64,000 bases of DNA, taken from positions 1 to 64,000 of the forward strand of contig CAJNYD010000292.1 in assembly GCA_905331295.1 (NCBI GenBank). The letters are read 5' to 3'. Positions 57,263 through 64,000 of the stretch are shown here, in pieces. The notes beneath the pieces are model-generated. The model did no database searches, had not been told where the DNA came from, and worked only from the letters and a program-made list of their open reading frames with translations. Position 1 is the stretch's first letter, and each line of letters starts with the position of its first letter. The DNA is from Rotaria socialis. Its lineage: Eukaryota. Made by a program: the position numbers and the translations under genes.

Positions 57263-57820
57263 ATACTACTGGAAAGAAAAACACTTGAATTCTAACATTT
57301 TTATAAACTATGCGCATTCAATGTTGTTCTTTTCATTCGTGTAATGTGTCATAGGTTCTATTATCTCTAGCGTAATTTTTCTCATTCACGTGTGATTGAT
57401 TTAGTTTCTAGTTTTATTATCTCTCTCTCTCGCTCTTTTCTATCCGAACCTTTTTCACTCCGGTTTGTCGTTCTGTAATTGCAACATCAACTTTTGTTTG
57501 TAGACAGTGTTCTTTTTTCGGAATTGAAAACAAACGGGCAGACTTATATAATAGTCTTAATGAATCGATTGCAAATTATGATCAAGCACATATGAAAAAA
57601 AAACTAGCATTGAATGAAGGATTTATATATATATTTATTATCTTTCTTTAAGATATCGAAAAGTTGGAAAATAAGTCTGATATAGGAGCAAAAGCAAAAT
57701 CTCTCTTTTCTAGATTGGATGTGAGACAGAAAAGGCTATCGTTCGATGATTCATCGCAGTATTGAAGAAGTTTTATATTCTTAAAATTGAATTTCTTTTT
57801 GTTTAAGAAAGGTAAGTTGA

Positions 57821-60800
57821 ATGTTCGTCGTTTCAAAGAAATTGGTATGTCTTCGTCCGCTATTCCTTCGTTCGATTACTACCGATGTTCTTCGAATTGG
57901 ATCTGTCACTCGTCCAGTGACACCACCAACGGATAGTAATCAATCACTTGTTCCGATATTTTACTATGAAAAAAATCTTTTTCCACCACCATTTGTTCGT
58001 CATCTTGAATGGCTAATGAAAAAAGATAAACTTGGACAAGATGCTTTATTCGTTGGTCCACCGGGACCAATTCGTCGTCGTCTTATTCTTGCTTATCTTG
58101 AATTAACCGGTAAACCATATCAATATTTACAATTAACTCGCGATACGACAGATTCAGATATAAAACAACGACGAGAAATTCAAAACAAAACAGCTTTATT
58201 CATAAACCAAGCAGCTGTCAATGCTGCTATTCACGGGCATACACTCGTTCTCGATGGTTTAGAAAAAACAGAACGAAATGTTTTACCTATATTAAATAAT
58301 TTATTGGAAAATCGTGAAATGAATTTAGATAATGGACAATTTTTAGTATCAACACAACGTTTTGATGAACTATTAAAATCTTATACGAAGGAACAGCTTG
58401 ATCAATTGAATTTTATTCGTGTTCATGAAGATTTTCGTGTTATTGCTTTAACATTACCACCGTTACCCGATTATAAAGGACATAGTCTTGATCCACCATT
58501 ACGATCTCGATTTCAAGTAAATGAATTTTCAATTATTCTTCCTAGGATAGTAATTTTCTTTTCAGTTACGTGACATGGGAAATGTGCCATTAAGTTTTAC
58601 TGAACATACAAATCTTCTTCAATCACTTCATCCTAATGTTGATAGTCATTTCATTGAACAATTACTTTCTTTAGCATCTTTAATTAATTCAACTGATTTA
58701 GAAACTCTTAAATTAATTCATTTTCCGTTCGATCGTCTTGATCTTTCAGTTCGTTTAGCTGAATTAATTCCAGCGATAAATCTTGCTGATTGTATTCATC
58801 GTATTTATCCCTATGAAATTCTTTATAGGCAATCAAAAGAATCCAAACAAGCTATTCAACATATGTTTAAAACATTAGCTCTACCACAGCAAGAAAAAAA
58901 TTCATCAAAGAAAATTATTAAAATTAATCGTCAAGAAACTAAAGCTACTGTTGATTATGAAATGAATGGAAAGCAATATCAACTAACGGTATTGTAATCG
59001 AATCATGAGAGGATTTTTTTGAAAGTATCATTATTTTTTCAGGTACCAGCTCATGATAGTAAATTAGTTATTAATTCACCAACATTTATTAGTACATCTT
59101 ATCATGATCAACTTCTAGCTGATTTAATGTTAAGTCATGCTATTGGAGATATGTGTTTAATTGGTCCGAAAGGTTGTGGAAAAAGTTTAATTATTGATCA
59201 ATTTGCTTCTTTACTCAATTATCCAATTGAATATTTTGTACTCTATAAAGATTTATCAGCACGAGAACTATTACAACAACGTATTACCAATGAAAATGGC
59301 GATACTCTATGGCAAAATACGCCACTCGTACAAGCAGCTATTCACGGCCGACTACTTGTACTCGATGGCATACATCGTTTAAATAATGATACATTAGTTT
59401 CATTACAAAGACTTATTCAAGATCGTGAACTTTTCTTACCCGACGGAACACGTCTTCTTCGGTAAATTATTGAAACTAAGAAAAAATCAACATACAATGA
59501 AAGTGAATATTGTTTTCTTTTTGTAGGCATGATCGATATGATCATTTAGAAAATCCACCAACAAGTATTCGTAGAATTCATCCGTCATTTCGTATCGTTG
59601 CTCTTGCTGAACCACCTTCAGGAGGCAATATTGCACCTAGTGAAAGTTCTTCGGTAAAATCCTCAAGTGAACAAAACTGGTTGAATGCTGAAACATTAAA
59701 TTTATTTTTATATCATCAAATGCGTTCATTGAATTTAAATGAAGAACGTGAAATAGTTTATTCATATTTATCGGCTCCTAATAAATCAATACCAGCTATT
59801 GAACATCTTCTTCAATTTGTTCATGAACTACGAAATTCATCTGAAACACAATTGAAAACTGTAGCACAATCATTATCAACACGAAATGTTTTACGTGTCG
59901 CTAAACATTTAAAACAAAATACATCTAATTATCATCTACAATTACGCGATCAATTAATTCGACAAACATCGGCACCATTTCTTCCACGACTTGTTCAAGA
60001 TGCATTTTATGAAGCATTAAATAAATCAGGTCTTGAAAATAATCAACCGGCTATATCGTCCGATATCAATTGGAAACAATCAGTTATGAATCCGAATGAT
60101 TCCTCGAACAGTTCGTTTGAACATGCAGCAAAAGTTCCTTTTACAGTTTTCTATGAAAATCCAATACATAGTGAAATTATTCAACAAATGCATGAATCGT
60201 TTTTGTTAGGTGAACATTTATTATTAATTGGACCGCAAGGGTAACGATTTGATTGATGTGTTGCAATAAAATCTTAGTTTATTATATTTACAGAGTAGCA
60301 AAAAATCGTATTGTTGATCATTATCTTCAAACATTAAAATTGCCTCGTGAATATATTCAACTACATCGTAAATAAATCATCTTGAAGTCGATTTTACGAA
60401 TGCTTTTTTGTTTTGCTATTTGTTATTCTAGGCGACACAACTGTACAAAGTCTGACGATTCAAGCAAATATTATCAATGGTCGTATTGTCTATGAAGATA
60501 GTCCATTGATAAAAGCAATAAAAGAAGGTTCAGTTGCAGTTATCGATGAAGCAGATAAAGCTCCAACGAATGTAACAGGAATATTAAAATCTTTGATTGA
60601 AAGTGGCTCCATGTTTCTCAGCGACGGACGGCATGTTTATCCGAAAGAAACAGGAGCTATTACAACAATACCATCGAATATGATTATTCGTACTCATCCA
60701 AATTTTCGAATGATTGTTCTAGCGAATAGACCTGGTTTTCCATTTCTTGGAAATGAGTAAGTTCGTCGCATGAATAAATTCTATTTCTATTTTTCTGTTT

Positions 60801-63800
60801 AGCTTTTTCCTAAGCTTAGGTGATCATTTTTCAACATTTCCAATTTTGAATCCACCTCGTGAAAGTGAAATTATTCTCTTACAAAATTTTGGTCCTAATA
60901 TTGAACGTAAAAAACTCGAACAATTAGTCGATGTATTTACACAATTACGTCAATTATCTATCGATGGTATCATTTCATATCCTTATAGTTTACGTGAACT
61001 TGTTTCAATCGTCAAGCATTTAAATATGTTTCCAAATGATTCATTAGCTGATGTTGTCTGTAATGTATTTGATTTAGATAATTATAATACAGATGTTATT
61101 GATCGTATACAGTCAATTCTTCATCGGCATGGAATTCCATTTCATATAGAAAAACGAACAGTAAATTTAGCTAAAAGTTACCCATTAAAACTTGTTTCCA
61201 ATCAAGAAACATGGCAAACTACGGCGATCGATGGTGCAAATCTTGAACATTCATCATCGATTATATTAAGTGAACAGCCGAATAAACCATCGATAAAAAC
61301 AATTCACTCAATCAATCGAAATGATTCAAGAACTCGAAATTTTACTGAAATGATTTATAAATATCGATTACCATTGGATGAAACAACTTATGTACATGAT
61401 CTTAAGGTTCTAAATGCAAATAAATCTGTACTGGTATTAACAGGTAATCCACTGGCATTGTGGATATTTAAATTAGGTGAAAATCAAGCGAAAAAAATTG
61501 ATTTACACCCTATATTTACTAAGCATTCAAATCGTTTTACTACACCAAATTATCAGGTGACTAATAATATCGAACTCATATTCTAATTTCTATGTTTTAT
61601 AAATTTAGTTACATCTAATTCCGGGAAATGACAAACAAGTGATTGTAGGTGAGATAACAAATCAAGTATGGTCATTGATGAATCTAGAGGATGGCCAAAC
61701 TTCGATTGTTCAATCTTGTATTTCATCATCGACTCCATTAACAGAAACCATAAGTCGGAAATTTAATGAACTTCTTTCACAACGAACGACTGTTCCATCA
61801 AGATCAGTATACAACTCGATGAATGGCCAACTCCTTCAATATAATTTTAATTCACATGCGATTCATATAGTTGATTTTATGAAAAATCTATCTCACCAAA
61901 TAAAACTTCCATTTTTAATGCGACATGCGTTTCCGTTGGGTGACCAATTCGTTCTTACTGATCATGTTCAACAAGCTTCATCTTCGTATCTTTTTAATGC
62001 AAATAGTGAACAAAAACCAACGATATCAAAGATTCAACATCACATTGATGCGATTGGTTTAGCTAGTAGTGGCGGATATTTGAATGACAATTCATTGTGG
62101 TTTTCAAGTTCACATGATTATTTAGCAAAGATTATTTCAAATACAAGTAATAATCTTATTGTTGAAAGGTTTCGACGAACAAAATTAATATCGCCGGGTG
62201 ATGTGCCAGCACAGGAAATGTATGAAAAACGACGTTTACAAACATTTATTAATAAGCAACATTCATTAATTGCTTCATTATATGCAAAAGCTGAAATTGA
62301 TAAAAAATTTGCGTATGTTCACTTTTCATTCTTGCCGACAAAGTTCATAATGATTTTGTTCTTTAGAGCGAAAACGGATATTCCTGATGCATCGATTCTT
62401 ACTTTTATTGAATTAGTTGATTTAAATCATAATTTAGTAACTTATATTCCAATTCAACGTTTTCAAGAACAAAATGCACGTTCATCAACATCTCAACATG
62501 AATGGCATATGTTGATTAAATCTGGTTCAGGTGTTATTGCTGAACAATTTAACGATGGTTCGTTAGTAACAATCGATTCTCGTGCTAATATTCATCACTG
62601 GGAAATCGTACCAAGTAATTTACAAATTTCATTAGATGCTTGGAGCAAAAATACGAATCAGTCAGGACAACACAGCCTGGATATTGAATATATGAAAGGT
62701 GGAAAAACTGATTTAAGTGGACCTAAACATGGAAAAGTAGATCCAGAAAACAATCCACATGTAGGTGGAAATCAATGGGCTGGTGGAAGTGGTGGTCGAG
62801 ATACTGCTGGTATATTTATTGTTGTTTTAATATTTATATCGACTTACCTTTTTTATTGTTTAGGACTGGGTGGTATTGGAGGACCGTATCGTTTAGACAG
62901 CGGTAATCAAGTTTATCAAGTTTCTGATGATGTCAAAGCAGCAGTACCTGAACATATACGAAAAGCAGCAAGAGAATTAGGTCAAAAAGTTTTCAAAGAA
63001 CGTTTGAAAGAAATTGAAATGTCTGAATATGAACATGAAGTTTATGAAAAATATCTGAATAAAATTTCAAGTGAAATCAAAATGCTTCGATCAATTATTG
63101 AATCATTAGAAGCCAAATCGCATGATCGTCAATGGGTGGTAAAGTACCTAAAATATGAAGTTTTTCAATCGATCTATTCCTCTTCTTTGTTTTTCATAAT
63201 CTCAGCGTCATCGCACAACGGGCGATTGGGATGAACGAAAATTAATTGAAGGTATTATTGGCGAAAAATCTATCTATAAATATCGTGCTGATGTTCCACC
63301 TGAGCCTGGCAGTCCACAAACAAAAGCTAAACGTCTTCGTTTAGTTGTCAATTTATCTGCATCGATGTATCGTTTTAATGGTGTTGATAACCGGTTAGAA
63401 CGTCAATGTGAATGTGTATTGATGTTTCTTGAATCGTTGGCTGGTTTTGAACATAAATTTACTTATGATATTGTTGGTCATTCAGGTGACGAACATTCAA
63501 TTGAACTTGTAAGAAAAAATCAACCACCAAAAAATAATAAAGAACGCTTGAAACTATTAAAACTGATGTATACACATACGATGTTTTGCAATTCGGGTGA
63601 TAATACATTTGCAGCTTTAAAATCGGCCATTGATGCTTTACAAGCAGAACCAGATGATACAGTCGATGAACGTTTTGTTATTGTTATATCAGATGCAAAC
63701 TTCGATCGATACGGTTTATCACCGCAAGTCTTTGGGAAAATGTTACAATCCAACGAGAATGTTCAATGTTTTGCCATGTTTATTGGATCACTAGGACAAC

Positions 63801-63913
63801 AAGCAACACATTTACAACAGAATTTACCATCTGGAAAAGGTTTTGTTTGTCTTGAAACTACTCAAATACCAAAAGTATTAAAGACTATTTTTACTTCTGA
63901 TGTTTTACATTGA
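57821..63913 (+). CDS. VWA8: von Willebrand factor A domain-containing protein 8 (three AAA_5 modules plus VWA), multi-exon
   Basis: WLMKKDKLGQD, EKTERNVLPILNNLLENREM, LDPPLRSRFQ, GPKGCGKS, PKHGKVDPENNPHVGGNQWAGGSGGRDTAGLGG, MYRFNGVDNRLER, VISDANFDRYG. Confidence 0.96.
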
Positions 63914-64000
63914 TTTACTTTTGTGTAACACATACTATGAATTTTAGCGATTATTTTGTCATAAATCTGTTTGAAATATACCATCTATCATTTTTCTAGA

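Noticed and set aside
56738..63913. Adjacency of mitochondrial-protein genes ATP5MC and VWA8 (plus PCCA in the window)
   Set aside because: Plausible by chance in a gene-dense genome, with no sequence evidence of co-regulation.

Overview
AT-rich, gene-dense eukaryotic (animal) DNA with many 50-70 nt GT-AG introns. By inference it is a bdelloid rotifer (Rotaria/Adineta-like): tiny introns, a plant-type DYW-PPR gene, intronless foreign-looking genes and LamG-type genes all fit. Conserved core genes are a smoothelin-type CH protein, SMIM14, a MATH/BTB protein, a METTL24-like protein, PINCH/LIMS, erlin, PCCA, asteroid, CMIP, ATP synthase subunit c and VWA8. There are two accessory zones. At 1-9.5 kb lie a DYW-PPR pseudogene, a nest of non-autonomous DNA transposons with readable TIRs/TSDs, and an orphan membrane ORF. 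At ~26.5-38.4 kb lie a LamG membrane protein, a head-to-head pair of intronless paralogous septin/AIG1-like GTPases, and a GNAT pseudogene. The best candidate for an undescribed system is the divergent GTPase pair. Next are a multivalent AKAP-like protein and a PINCH with a long paxillin-like N-terminal extension. Multi-exon coordinates are whole-gene spans from manual splicing; family calls are from motif recognition, with no database search.
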